Shown piece by piece: positions 11,423 to 29,066 of a stretch of DNA of 64,000 nt. The stretch lies in NCBI RefSeq assembly GCF_009914755.1, contig NC_060927.1, one strand, 5' to 3'. The stretch comes from the human T2T-CHM13v2.0 reference genome, Homo sapiens. Positions within the stretch are counted from its first letter, which is position 1, and each line of letters opens with the position of its first letter. The translations under genes were made by a program, and so were the position numbers. The notes under the pieces were generated by a model. That model was given only the letters and a program-made list of their open reading frames with translations, made no database searches and was not told the origin of the DNA.

Positions 11423-11557
11423 CAGGGTTGCAGAGGACACTGTGGTCTGGGTGGCAGTCTGGTGCCACATGGCAGAATTCATCACAGTAGCAACTTCCCC
11501 TCTTGCAGTGGTGATCCGTCCCAAGACAGCAAAGGTTCTGGGGTTGGGAGCAGCTGC
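11423..11557 (-). CDS. SMBD1P: SMB-domain gene exon 2: somatomedin-B-like Cys-rich domain (GSCSQPQNLCCLGTDHHCKRGSCYCDEFCHVAPDCHPDHSVLCNP)
   Basis: Acceptor TTTTTCTCCAG|GC and donor CCTG|GTAACT; symmetric 135-nt phase 1-1 exon with the SMB signature C-x-C-D-x-x-C-x4-D-C-(C)-x-D-(Y)-x3-C. Confidence 0.88.
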
Positions 11558-11779
11558 CTGGAGAAAAAGGAACATTAAAAAAAAAAAAAAAGATTAAAAT
11601 TAGCCGGGTATGGTGGTGCACGCCTGTAGTCCCAGCTACCCAGGAGGCTGAGACAGGAGATCACTTGAGCCCAGAAGCAGGAAGCTGAAGTGAGCCATGA
11701 TCACACCAGCGCACTTCAGCCTGGGTGACAGAGCAAGACCCTGTATCAAAAAAAAAAAAAAAAAAAAAGAAAAAGAAAA

Positions 11780-13630
<1,851 letters not shown>

Positions 13631-15586
13631 GAGAGAGAGAAGGAGAGAAAAGGGGGAGATAAGATGAGGACGGTAATGGGAGTGACAGCGAAGAGAGAAA
13701 TAGAGAAAACAGCAGAGAAGAGAGTGCCTAAGAGGGAGAGAAACCCCTCCCCCACTCCCCACAGTTAGAGGAAGGTCTTCCAGAGCCCTGTTTACAAACC
13801 AGTTCTGCCAACTCTACCCCCTGCCCAAATTTCCCCAAATTGCTCAGCTCAGTTGTGATCTGGTCATTGTCATTCCCTCCAAGAGAAGGGGATGCATCTT
13901 CTTTAAGAGTGCGGCAAGCAAGGCGTGGGCAGGAGGGACGCTGGCCCAGTTACCTGGCGAGTCTGTGGCTCAGGTGAGCAGGGGACCCAGGTGTTGTCAC
14001 CCCAGGACTCTCAACACTCTTCTCCGTCTACTTGACTTTGACCTTCCAAATTGCTTCCTGTTAGGTTAACACCTGGCTCTTTAGGGCTAAACTGGAGGGC
14101 TTTGTTTAGGGATAAACTTGAAGGCCTTTCAAAGTTGACACGATCAACAGGGAGCAGGCCTCTGAGCCCTGTGGGCCTGGGTGTGGCTGAGCCAGTCTGT
14201 TGTGGAAACAGGGCCAGCAGGTGTCCGGTAGTGTGGTCTGGGGGGTCAAGACTCTGAAGGTGAGGGTGGCCTGGCTGGGGCCATAGCCTCTGAGTTTGGC
14301 CTGGCTTTTGCCTCATGTTCAGCTCAGGAGCCTCCTGCAAGTGATCAGCTTCTCTTCTCATGTTGTCCCTCTTCTCCAGAGCCTGGTGCTGCGTCAGGTT
14401 GTCACCAAGACCAGGGATCAACCAGAAAGGGCTGGAGTGGAAATAGAGCCCCAGGAGCCACCCAGACTAAGGTTGCCGACAATCTGTGAGACTGAGTTCA
14501 ATTCAGTGGTCATAACCAACATTTATTTCAACAGGATGACACTGAATGAAATAGAATAGAATAGACCCACATACATTGTATGTAAAAGTCAACTGAGTTC
14601 TTTTTGAAATTTCTGTTGGTTTTTATACACACAGATGCACTTACTGGGTCAGAGTATAAAATGTATTTATTAAAGTGAACTGGGGCCAGAAACGTTGGAA
14701 AGCCACTGATCTAGAGAGATGTCCTCATTGTATAGACAAGGGGAGAACCTTTTGCCCATGGCTGGGAGTCAAACCAGCAATCCTGACCTCTCCCCTGCTT
14801 TCCCACCATATCGTGCTCAGGGTCCTCACTCAAAAAGCCTCTTGTTGCACGTGCTACAGAGCTCTGCTGTTCTCTAAACACCCTGCATTCTCCTGCCTCT
14901 GAGCCTTTGCTCAAGCTCTTCCCTCGGCTTGGAAGGCCCTTCCCTCCCATATCCATTAGAATTAAATATTCTATGCTTCAAGGCAGCATTTGAAGACAAC
15001 TTCCCCCGGGGTGCCGAGGAGCTAGCTCATTATTATGAAGATGAAAAATAAAGAATCAAACATTGATCCAGCCTTTCCATCCAAGCCAAATAGTTGACAA
15101 GGGAAATATCTTCACGACAGAGAACCTTCGGCTAACAAGTGCAGAAAGAATGATAGAAAAGCACTACTTGGCAGCCCCTAATGAGAAGTGGATCTCAGCA
15201 CAAATCATTAGTGGACAGAATTTTATAATGGGTGCACTATCTGGTGGATGAAGTTTAACACCAGTAAAAGTGGGACAGCTGGACACTTTGTGTCTCCTTC
15301 GAGGCGCGATAGGAAGTACCCACCTATGGATTCTTCCTGCCTAAGAAATCTCCAGTCCTGATCTCAACTACCAGAGTTCAGGAAAGACAGAGGCAGAGGG
15401 ACATCCACAAAGATTCAATCAGTCAAACCCAGAAGGTAGGATATGCCGCAGGACACAGTACCTGGTTCGTTCAACAGCTAAATGACATGAAAAAATGGCA
15501 CTGATCTAGGTATAGATTTAAAGACATTTAAGAAATATGCTAGTTAAACATGTGTGCGTATCTTTTTTGGATCTTGACTTGAATAA

Positions 15587-15769
<183 letters not shown>

Positions 15770-15799
15770 TGAACATCAACACACCTTGCTAATTTTTAA

Positions 15800-15928
<129 letters not shown>

Positions 15929-16052
15929 TGACCTTATTTTTTCTTTTTCTCTTCTGCTTTGCTGCTGAATAACAAGATATTTTTGACAAGTGGGGGAAAT
16001 ATGAACACTGATAGGTATTAAACGATAGTAAGTAGTTTTTTAAATTAATTAA

Positions 16053-16213
<161 letters not shown>

Positions 16214-16505
16214 TAGCTAATTTTTGTATTTTTAGTAGACACAGGGGTTTCACCATGTTGGCCAGGCTGGTCTTGAACTTCTGGCCTCAGGCGATCTGCC
16301 CGCCTCAGTCTCTCAAAGTGTTGGGATTACAGGTGTGCGACCATATTTGTTTTGGCTCTGATAAGGTATTGTGGTTATATTTTTTAAATATGGGGGATAA
16401 GAGCTTGAGCATAATGTTGATAATATTGAAGGTGGCCAACTGGTACCTTGGGTTCATCATCCTATTCTCTTTACTTTTGCATGTGTTTGAATTTTTCCAC
16501 AATAA

Positions 16506-17177
<672 letters not shown>

Positions 17178-17317
17178 GTTCCTACCAATGACATCTAGTT
17201 TTCTCCCAAGAGAAGTTCTAGGGCCAGGCACGGTGGCTCACACCTGTAATCCCAACACTTTGGGAGGCGGAGGTGGGCAGATCACCTGAAGTCAGAAGTT
17301 CAAGACTAGCCTGGCTA

Positions 17318-17750
<433 letters not shown>

Positions 17751-18009
17751 CTAGACCCTCCCAAGCTGATCATCCAAAGACATCTTATCCAGATATAAAA
17801 CTGGATACACAAAGAAGCCACATCAACCATATAGTCGGTACTTAATAAGTGTCTGAATACATGAATTATTTGATTAATGAATTAATGAATGCTGGGTCAC
17901 AGGAGGTGGGTCATGCCAGAGACAAAACAGATTAATTGATTGAATGAATGAGAGAGCAGAGACTGGGGTCTCTTTGACCTGTAGCACAGATGCCAGCCTA
18001 GCTCCTCAC

Positions 18010-18073
18010 CTGTCTTCACCCCAAGGCTCAGCCACAGCAGGAGGAGGAGGACCAGCCACGTGGCAGCAGGCAT
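18010..18073 (-). CDS. SMBD1P: SMB-domain gene exon 1: signal peptide MPAATWLVLLLLLWLSLGVKT
   Basis: ATG at 18071-18073, a hydrophobic h-region, and donor ACAG|GTGAGG (phase 1) in frame with the SMB exon. Confidence 0.8.
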
Positions 18074-18087
18074 CAAGCAGAGATAGA

Positions 18088-18121
18088 AGTGCTGCAGCGT
18101 CCAAGGCCTGGTCTTTAAATA
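18088..18121 (-). promoter_or_regulatory. Putative core promoter of the SMB gene: TATA-like TATTTAAA (18114-18121) and Inr-like CACTTC ~31 nt downstream
   Basis: TATA-to-Inr spacing is canonical, and the predicted start site lies 17 nt upstream of the ATG. Confidence 0.5.
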
Positions 18122-18316
18122 TCCACCCATCCCAGCCAGCCCACCTGGTTCCTCCCTACTCCTGGGGAGGAACCAGCAGACACCTGGGCAGTCACTGGCA
18201 GACAGCAGGAGTGACACAGGTATCCCAGCTGCTTGAAATAGCTCACCCAAGCAGAGGTAATTTTGACATCCTGGAAACTCCAGCCTCCAGGGGAAGAATC
18301 TGAAAAACCAGAGTGA

Positions 18317-18646
<330 letters not shown>

Positions 18647-19431
18647 TGAGCCACCACACCTGGCCAATTGACTTTTATTAGCATTCATATACAGGTTTTG
18701 TGTGAATATATGTTTTCATTTCTCCGGGATAAATGTGCAAAAATGAAATTACTGCATCATATAGTAGTTGCACATTCAGTCATAAAAAAAAACAGCCAAG
18801 CTGTTTCCCAGAGTGGCTGCACCACTTTAAATTCTCACAGCAGTGATTGAGTGGTACAGTTCCTTTGCATCCTTGACAATAGTATTGTTACTATTTTTTA
18901 TTTTGGTGATTCTTTTTTTTTTTTTTTTTTTTGAGACATAATCTTGCTCTGTCGCCCAGGCTGGAGCGCAGTGGCATGATCTCAGCTTACTGCAACCTCC
19001 GTCTCCTGGGTTTAAGCAATTATCTTGCCTCAGCCTCCCAAGGTGCTAGGACTACAGGCGTGTGCCACCACACCTGGCTAATTTTTGTGTTTTCAGCAGA
19101 GACAGGGTTTTGCCATGTTGGCCAGGTTGGTCTTGAATTCCTGATCTCATGTGATCTGCCTGCCCCAGCCTCCCAAAGTGTTGGGATTACAGGTGTGAGC
19201 CACCATGCCTGGCCTTATTTTGTTGATTCTAACACGTGGTGATATCTCCTGGTTTAAAGAAGCGTTTCCCTAATGGTATCAAACATCTTTTCATGTGCTT
19301 ATTTGCAATCTGTATATCTTCTCCAGTGAAATGTTGCTTTGTATCTTTTGCTCATGTTCTAATTGCATTCTTTGTTTTGTTACTATTTTAAGACTTTTAA
19401 ATGTATTCTAGATACTAGTCCTTTGCAAATA

Positions 19432-20420
19432 TAGTCATGCATCGCATAAGGACATTTTGGTCAATGACAAACTGCATATAGGATGCGGTCCCATAAGATT
19501 ATAATAATGGGCCTGAAAAAATTCCTGTTGCCGAGTGCAATGCTACTCATGTGTCTAGTGATGCTCGTGTAAAGCTACTGTGCTGCCACTTGCATAAAAG
19601 CACAGCGCACACCATTCTGTACAGTACACAATACTTGATAATGATAATAAATGTGTTCCTGGATAGCACAGCGCACACCATTCTGTACAGTACACAATAC
19701 TTGATAATGATAATAAATGTGTTCCTGGATAGCACAGCGCACACCATTCTGTACAGTACACAATACTTGATAATGATAATAAATGTGTTCCTGGATAGCA
19801 CAGCGCACACCATTCTGTACAGTACACAATACTTGATAATGATAATAAATGTGTTCCTGGATAGCACAGCGCACATCATTCTGTACAGTACACAATACTT
19901 GATAATGATAATAAATGTGTTCCTGGATAGCACAGCACACATCATTCTGTACAGTACACAATACTTGATAATGATAATAAATGTGTTCCTGGATAGCACA
20001 GCACACACCATTCTGTACAGTACATAATACTTGATAATGATAATAAATGTGTTACTGGTTTATGTATTTACTATAATATACTATTGATCAGTGTTTTAGA
20101 GTGTACTCCTTCTCTCTATAAAAGAATTAAGTGAACTAGCAGGCCCTTTGGGAAGTACTGTAGAAGGCATTGTTACCACAGGCGATGACAGCTCCATGTG
20201 TGTTATTGCCCCTGAAGACCTTCCAGAGACAAAATGTGGAGGTGGAAGACAGTGATACTGATGACCCTGACCCTGTGTGGATCTAGGCTAACATGTGTTT
20301 TTGTGTCTTAGTTTTCAACAAAAAAGTTTAAAAAGTTAAAATACTAAGTTTATAAAGTTAAAAAGTTACAGTAAGCTAAGGCTGACTCATTGAAAAAATG
20401 TGCTTATACATGTAATATAG
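19432..20420 (+). mobile_element. Tigger3 (Golem) DNA transposon fragment hosting a 66-bp tandem array
   Basis: Terminus TAGTCATGCATCGCATAAGGACATTTTGGTCAATGAC…CCCATAAGATTATAATA; internal GGAGGTGGAAGACAGTGATACTGATGACCCTGACCCTGTGT. Confidence 0.7.
19596..20056. repeat. 66-bp VNTR, 7 copies
   Basis: 22-aa periodicity (STAHTILYSTQYLIMIINVFLD) in the ORF track; units read directly. Confidence 0.97.
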
Positions 20421-20509
20421 CTAAGCTGGCTTTTGCAAACATAGAGTCCTGTGGATGTTATGCTGACTTCGGCTTGGGGTTTTTCACAGAGAGAAGCATG
20501 GCAAGGGGG

Positions 20510-20606
20510 ACTCCATCAGGTTGGTGCAAAGGTAATTGCTGTTTTCGCAATTAAAATAATGGGAAAAACTGCAATTACCTTTGCACCCACCTAATAACTT
20601 ATCTAG
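20510..20606 (-). ncRNA. MIR570: pre-miR-570 (MADE1-derived, miR-548 family); 5p arm 20561-20582, 3p arm 20526-20547
   Basis: The reverse complement CTAGATAAGTTATTAGGTGGGTGCAAAGGTAATTGCAGTTTTTCCCATTATTTTAATTGCGAAAACAGCAATTACCTTTGCACCAACCTGATGGAGT (97 nt) matches hsa-mir-570 as recalled and forms a long palindrome. Confidence 0.93.
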
Positions 20607-20629
20607 GGGACTCTTTCTCCACCCAAAAC

Positions 20630-20752
20630 CCAGGACACTTGGCCCACAACTACATCACCACCCCAGGGTTCCAGGACACTTGGCCCATGACTACATCACC
20701 ACCCCAGGGTTCCAGGACACTTGGCCCATGACTACATCACCACCCCAGGGTT
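20630..20752. repeat. 41-bp tandem repeat x3 just upstream (minus sense) of MIR570
   Basis: CCAGGACACTTGGCCCATGACTACATCACCACCCCAGGGTT-type units at 20630, 20671 and 20712. Confidence 0.95.
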
Positions 20753-22443
20753 CTTTACTATAGTTTTCTTGTTCTTCCTTCAATTACGTGTGACATTCCC
20801 AACTCCAAGATTCTTCCAGTCCTTCTCTCCCCCTTCATCTAAAGCAGGCTGTCATGAGTTTCTGTCAGCTGCAATCAAGAGTCATGACTCTTACAGTGGG
20901 TAGGATTACTCCCTTTTTTGTTGTCATTAAGGAAACCTGTAAGAGGAAAAACAAACACACTTTATGTGGAGAGACAGGGAAAGTTGTTCTATTCAGTCTG
21001 GAATCTAGTCCCTCAGCTGGTGGTCCACCTTCGGATTCACTGGTCTTGGGAGTAAGACGGTGCCTTGTAGTGAAAGAAGTGAGGAATTCTGGTGCCTCCT
21101 GAGGGTGGAACTGAGGAGAGGAGACGTGAGCGAGGATGCTGGAAAGGAGGAAGCAGCCGGAATGTGTAGGGCCTTTGTGGCCATGCCAAGGCGCCTCAGG
21201 GAATATCTGAGCGTCTTAAATAGGTCAGAGGGCAATTCTGAAAACAAACTCCTTCTACCTGCTGTGTAGGCAATGAGTTGTCATTGTTAGATAGAGGATA
21301 AAATGAACCCAATTAGATTATTGCCATCATTCCAGTGATTGAAGATGTTGATCTGTAATAGGGTAATGGCCATACACTTTCGAGAGGAAAAATGTTCAAA
21401 TTTAGGGGATAATTAGAAATCTGCACTTACAGCCCTTGGTGACACTTTTCCTATGAGCCAAACGGAGAGGGGGAGAGAGAGAGAAGGTGGACAGTCACCG
21501 ACATATGAGGCAGTGGAAGAGGAACAGGCATGGATAGGAAGAGAATTGTGGGACACACTGGGTTCGAGATGCCTGTGTGAGACAGTCTCATGAATATGTC
21601 CAGTAGTATATTGACCAAGCAAGTCTGTCAGGAGCCTCTGGAAATGAGGTACAGAATTTGATAGTCATCACTATGGAGATGGTAACCTGAGCCGTGAGAG
21701 AAGCTAAAATCCCCGGGGAGAGGATGTAGAATGAGAGGAGAAAATGGGCCAGGACAAACACAAGGAATGCCGACATAAAGGGCTGAACACAGGAGGGGGT
21801 GCTCAGAGGGAGGGGCAAAACCAGAACAGTACAGCGTCCCCAAACCAAGGAAAAGAATGTTGCCAGAAGAGGAGAGTCAGGCTGTTTCAAACTCTGCTAA
21901 GAAGTGAAGGATGTTGCATATTGAGTAGAGTCCATTGGGGTTACCAGTCAGGATGACTCAGGGATCCTCTTTGGCAGAAGTAGTTCCAATGAAGTGGGAG
22001 GAGGAAGGGAGGAGCAGAGGCCAAATGAGCGTGAGGAGTGTTTAGGAGTTGACAGAAAGTGTATCCACTTTTTTGAGACGTTTAGCCACGAAGAGGGAGA
22101 GACATGGGGCAGTAGGTGGAGGAGGAGATGAAATTAAGGGAGTGTATGGAGTTTTAAAATGGAAAGCTTGATCCTGTTTAAATGCTGTTTTATGCCCCTA
22201 CGAGGGCGAGGTTAAACATACAGAATAGAGGCATAACTGATAGAGCCAAGACTCCCACCCAGGAGCGGGTTTCGAGCGGCACCTCTCTAATTCAATCCCA
22301 AAGGAAAAGAGGATACATGTGGGTCCAGGTACATGCTGAGGTTTGGTGGCAGGACTTTGAAGGAGGTCCCATCTGATGGCTTCTATTTCTCCTGTGAAAT
22401 AGGGGAAGCCCTGTCTGCTGGTTGTGATGTGCCGTGACAGTCA

Positions 22444-24883
<2,440 letters not shown>

Positions 24884-25033
24884 GGAATTGAGAGACTGTT
24901 GATATCAACTGTTCCCTGAGCCACATGGAAAGCTGTATCCTCTGCAGGCTGCTTGGTGAGTATGTGAGGAGGTATATTCATTCACTTTGAGACCTATTTC
25001 TCTAAGAAAGGGTCCTGAAAGGCTTTCCCCTGC

Positions 25034-25435
25034 TACAGGGACAGCCCTTGGCAAGGAAGCCACTGTCCTCAGGCACACAGGGCTCCTTCATCTCCTGCAA
25101 CAGATACAGCCCTTGGCAAGGAAGCCACTGTCCTTGAGCACATAGACAGGGCTCCTTCATCTCCTGCAACAGGGACAGCCCTTGGCAAGGAAGCCACTGC
25201 CCTTGAGCACATAGACAGGGCTCCTTCATCTCCTGCAACAGGGACAGCCCTTGGCAAGGAAGCCACTGTCCTTGAGCACATAGACAGGGCTCCTTCATCT
25301 CCTGCAACAGGGACAGCCCTTGGCAAGGAAGCCACTGTCCTTGAGCACATAGACAGGGCTCCTTCATCTCCTGCGACAGGGACAGCCCTTGGCAAGGATG
25401 TCACTTCCTTGGGCACACAGACAGGGCTCCTTCAG
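25034..25435. repeat. 69-bp VNTR, ~6 copies
   Basis: 23-aa periodicity (MKEPCLCAQGQWLPCQGLSLLQE); units read directly. Confidence 0.95.
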
Positions 25436-28400
25436 CAGACAGCAGATAGATATGCAATGCAAGCCTTGGTTTTTTGGGATGATTCCAATACAGCACCAGA
25501 TACGTGTGTCCAATTCTGGGGTTTGCTCATAGGAAACCCATGTGCCAGCAAATCTATGTCACATTCTCCAGTATCACCTTTATAAGGAATAAAGTCAATT
25601 TACTGTTCTTCTGTAAAAAGAAAGAAACGTATTCATGACTGTAGCTTGGCTGTCACTCAAGTGCAAGTGAATGGTGGATGTGGCCGCGCGGCTCCACGCA
25701 CTGATCCATAATCCCCAAAAGGGACAAGGGCAGACCCAGCTCTCTGCAGGGCAAACGCTCCACAACCCAAAACACTTGTTTCTGTTGTTGTTGCTGTTTG
25801 GAAACTCCCTCTTCTATTTCCCACCTCCCTCTTTCCCGTTCTCATTCCCTTTTCTCTGCTCCTATTTCTGTTTCCCTCAGTTCCACCTAATACCCCGTGG
25901 TGTCACCCTAGCCCTTTCCTCTACCCACTCCAGCCTTACTACCCCCAACGTCCCACACCCTGGGAAACACCAAGGTCTGCCTCTGTACCTCCAAGTTCTT
26001 TCCCCGTTATTGCCCTGGGTCAGTCCTTTGTGGGGGCTCCTCTCTCCTCTCTTGATTTCTTTTCATCTGGCTAACCTCTAATCCTGTAAGATTTACCTCA
26101 AATATCTTTCAAGAAGTATTTTCTGAATCCAAGGAGGACCTAAAAGCCATTCTGCTGGCCTCCCAGAGCTGAATCTGCCCATCTCCCCCGGATTATATTA
26201 AAATTATAAGTCATGTAAAATCCTTTTGGAACGAGACAGGGTATGATAAATAAGAAATATTCAACAAGTATACGTTACTTGTGTACACATACCACCTGAC
26301 TTCTTTAACAACACATTGCAAGAAATAAAAAGATGGAGACATACGGCTGGGCGCAGTGGCTAATGCCTGTAATCCCAGCACTTTGGGAGGCCAAGGCAGG
26401 TGGATCACTGAGGTCAGGAGTTCGACACCAGCCTGGCCAACATGGTGAAACCCCATCTCTACTAAAAATACAAAAATTAGCCAAGTGTGGTGGCAGGCAC
26501 CTGTAATCCCAGCTACTCGGAAGGCTGAGGCAGGAGAATCTCTTGAACCCGGAATGCGGAGCTTGCAGTCAAGCAAGATTATGCCACTGCACTCCAGCCT
26601 GGGTGACACAGCAAGACTCCATCTCAAAAAAAAAAAAAAAAAGAAAAAGAAAAAGAAAAAACACCATGCATGCATACTCATATGAATGTACAAATGGATG
26701 AGTCTAGAACAAAAGATACTAGCCTGATACATATACAAACTATGCAGCTGCAGTCCCTGCCTCTTCCGCAACCCTGACCTCTAAGAAAGCTCTAACTCTG
26801 AATCCTGTCAGCACCTGGGCTGTGCTGCTTGGGACAACATTGTCTTCACAAGTCCTCTCCACATTCTCAGAGGTGGGGGTATTGCCAATGATGGGGGTTA
26901 CTGCCTGAGTCCCGTCACCAGGGGACAAAGCTACAGCAGACACCACCATCTGCCAACAAAAAGAGAGATCATCTCCCACCCCTGGTTCTGCTGACGCAAT
27001 CACTGGAAGCATCGAGGCACCACTATGTCCTCACCTGCCTCGGATTCAATTTCCTCCTAGCCAGGTCTGTTCTAAGCTCTCCAGAAGTTGAGAAATTAAT
27101 TGAAAGATAACACTTTCCTCCCTGTGTTAAGGTTTATCACATAATGTATCCAAATACTGGGCCAGTCTTTCCTTTGGTCTCATTTCTATGAGCTAATCTG
27201 AAAATGCCTTTTCTGTTTTCCTTAGAATTTTTCTAAATGTTTCTGGGCGCTTGTGTTCCTGAGGCTTTCCACAGTGCACCCTCTTGTTCATCTGATGTCT
27301 TTGGCACATATAGGCCCTCGACAAGTAGTTGTTCAATGAACAGATGACCATCCTGTCCTTTGTGTGAACAAGCATAGCAAGTGCACATTGTATCTGTGCG
27401 TGTATCCAACAGCGTCCCTCCAAAGCCACTTTGTTCACTTATTTTCTCAGGATCACGGACGGCTGCATCTTGACATAAGCACACAGAATCTTTCCTTTTC
27501 CAGTCACTTTTCCTTTTTCCAGATTCCGGCCATAGAATTCCAGGCACAGAGCCAACCATGCCTGGCACCCCCTCCTGTCTTGGGACAAGGATACTTTCTC
27601 CTGTGGCTCCCATCTTGCTTCCAACATTCTTCTGCCAGAATTCAGTTTGGCGGACAATGACCTACTACTTTTAATTTTTTTCCCCTTTTTGCTCTTCTAC
27701 CAAATACCGCTTTTCACCCAGGCTTTTCACTGCGTAGTGGACAATCTATCAAACAGGTGCTGTCCAGCGTGAGGGGCAGTTGCAAAGGTCTGCATCGGTG
27801 CTGGCTGATGGAACTTTCCGGTGATGGCATCATTCCGTAGCTGCACTGTCCAGTGAGGAGGCTACTTGCCACTGTGGCTACTGCTTGGGATGGTGCAGGT
27901 CTGAATATCTTACTCACAGCTCACCTTTTTGGTGCCTTTGATCCGTATTAGGAATTATCCACATCTTCTCTCTGGGCAATATTCTACTTTTTATATTGAC
28001 CCAATTATTTTACTTCTTTGGTGTGTCCTTTCTCCTAACACATATGGGTTCACTTTGAAACCCTGAAACCCACATTTACAAAAACATTTTCAATATGAAA
28101 CATTGTTCCATGACTCATTACTGGAGTACCATCAACATTTACATTTCCAGACCACCCACTGCCCAGTGGTTTTCTTGGTCTCAGTACTCATGAAAACGGT
28201 CTGAAGGTTTGTTTTGGGTTCCTAAGTAGTAGACACACGCACAACACTGCCTGTCAGTTATTTCTTGGAAACTAAATCAGCCCTTCTGTTGCCATCCTAT
28301 CATGCTTCAGGGGTGCCTGTGCTAGTTTTTAATTCTTTGTCCTAACACTTAAATGTTTGCTCAAACGCCCATATTAATACTTCCTCTTAGTTTACAAAAG

Positions 28401-28495
28401 GATTTACTTTCTTACTGGTTGGGATGAAGCTGCCTGAGGTTGCCACCTGTTATTTTTCCTTCATTTATTGGACCATGTCATCCCATTACATGTCA

Positions 28496-28920
28496 GCCGT
28501 GGAGGTTTTCAAACTGTGGTCCCTGGACATGTTAGAAATGCAAATTCTCAGACCGAACCAGGACTGAATCGGAAGATCTGGGGTAGGGTCCCTCCAGGAC
28601 TGAAAACGGAAGGTCTGGGGTGGGGTACCCCAGGACTGAATCGGAAGGTCTGGGGTGGGGTCCCCCCAGGACTGAATCGGAAGGTCTGGACGAGGGTCCC
28701 CCCAGGACTGAATCAGAAGATCTGGGGTAGGGTCTCCCCAGGACTGAATCGGAAGGTCTGGGGTGGGGTCCCCCCAGGACTGAATTGGAAGGTCTGGACT
28801 AGGGTCCCCCCAGGACCGAATCGGAAGGTCTGGACTAGGGTCCCCCCAGGACTGAATCGGAAGGTCTGGGGTAGCGTCCCTCCAGCTGATCCTGTTACAC
28901 AGGTTAGAGAACCACGGCAT
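28496..28920 (+). mobile_element. MER5A-like hAT MITE with an internal 36-bp VNTR (28558-28885, ~9 copies)
   Basis: Termini GGTTTTCAAACTGTGGTCCCTGGAC…GTTAGAAATGCAAATTCTCAG and AGGTTAGAGAACCAC; unit CCAGGACTGAATCGGAAGGTCTGGGGTGGGGTCCCC. Confidence 0.75.
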
Positions 28921-28961
28921 TAGGGGTGGCAATTTGACAATTCTTTTTTTTTTTTTTTTGA

Positions 28962-29066
<105 letters not shown>

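Noticed and set aside
18074-18130. Upstream in-frame ATG (MGGYLKTRPW…) as the SMB start
   Set aside because: It lies upstream of the TATA-like box and would lengthen the signal peptide atypically; the ATG at 18073 fits better.
26740-27012. 90-aa minus-strand ORF with an exon-like segment (~26780-26949)
   Set aside because: No domain similarity that I can recognise; at most a non-coding exon of the read-through RNA, and unsupported without transcript data.
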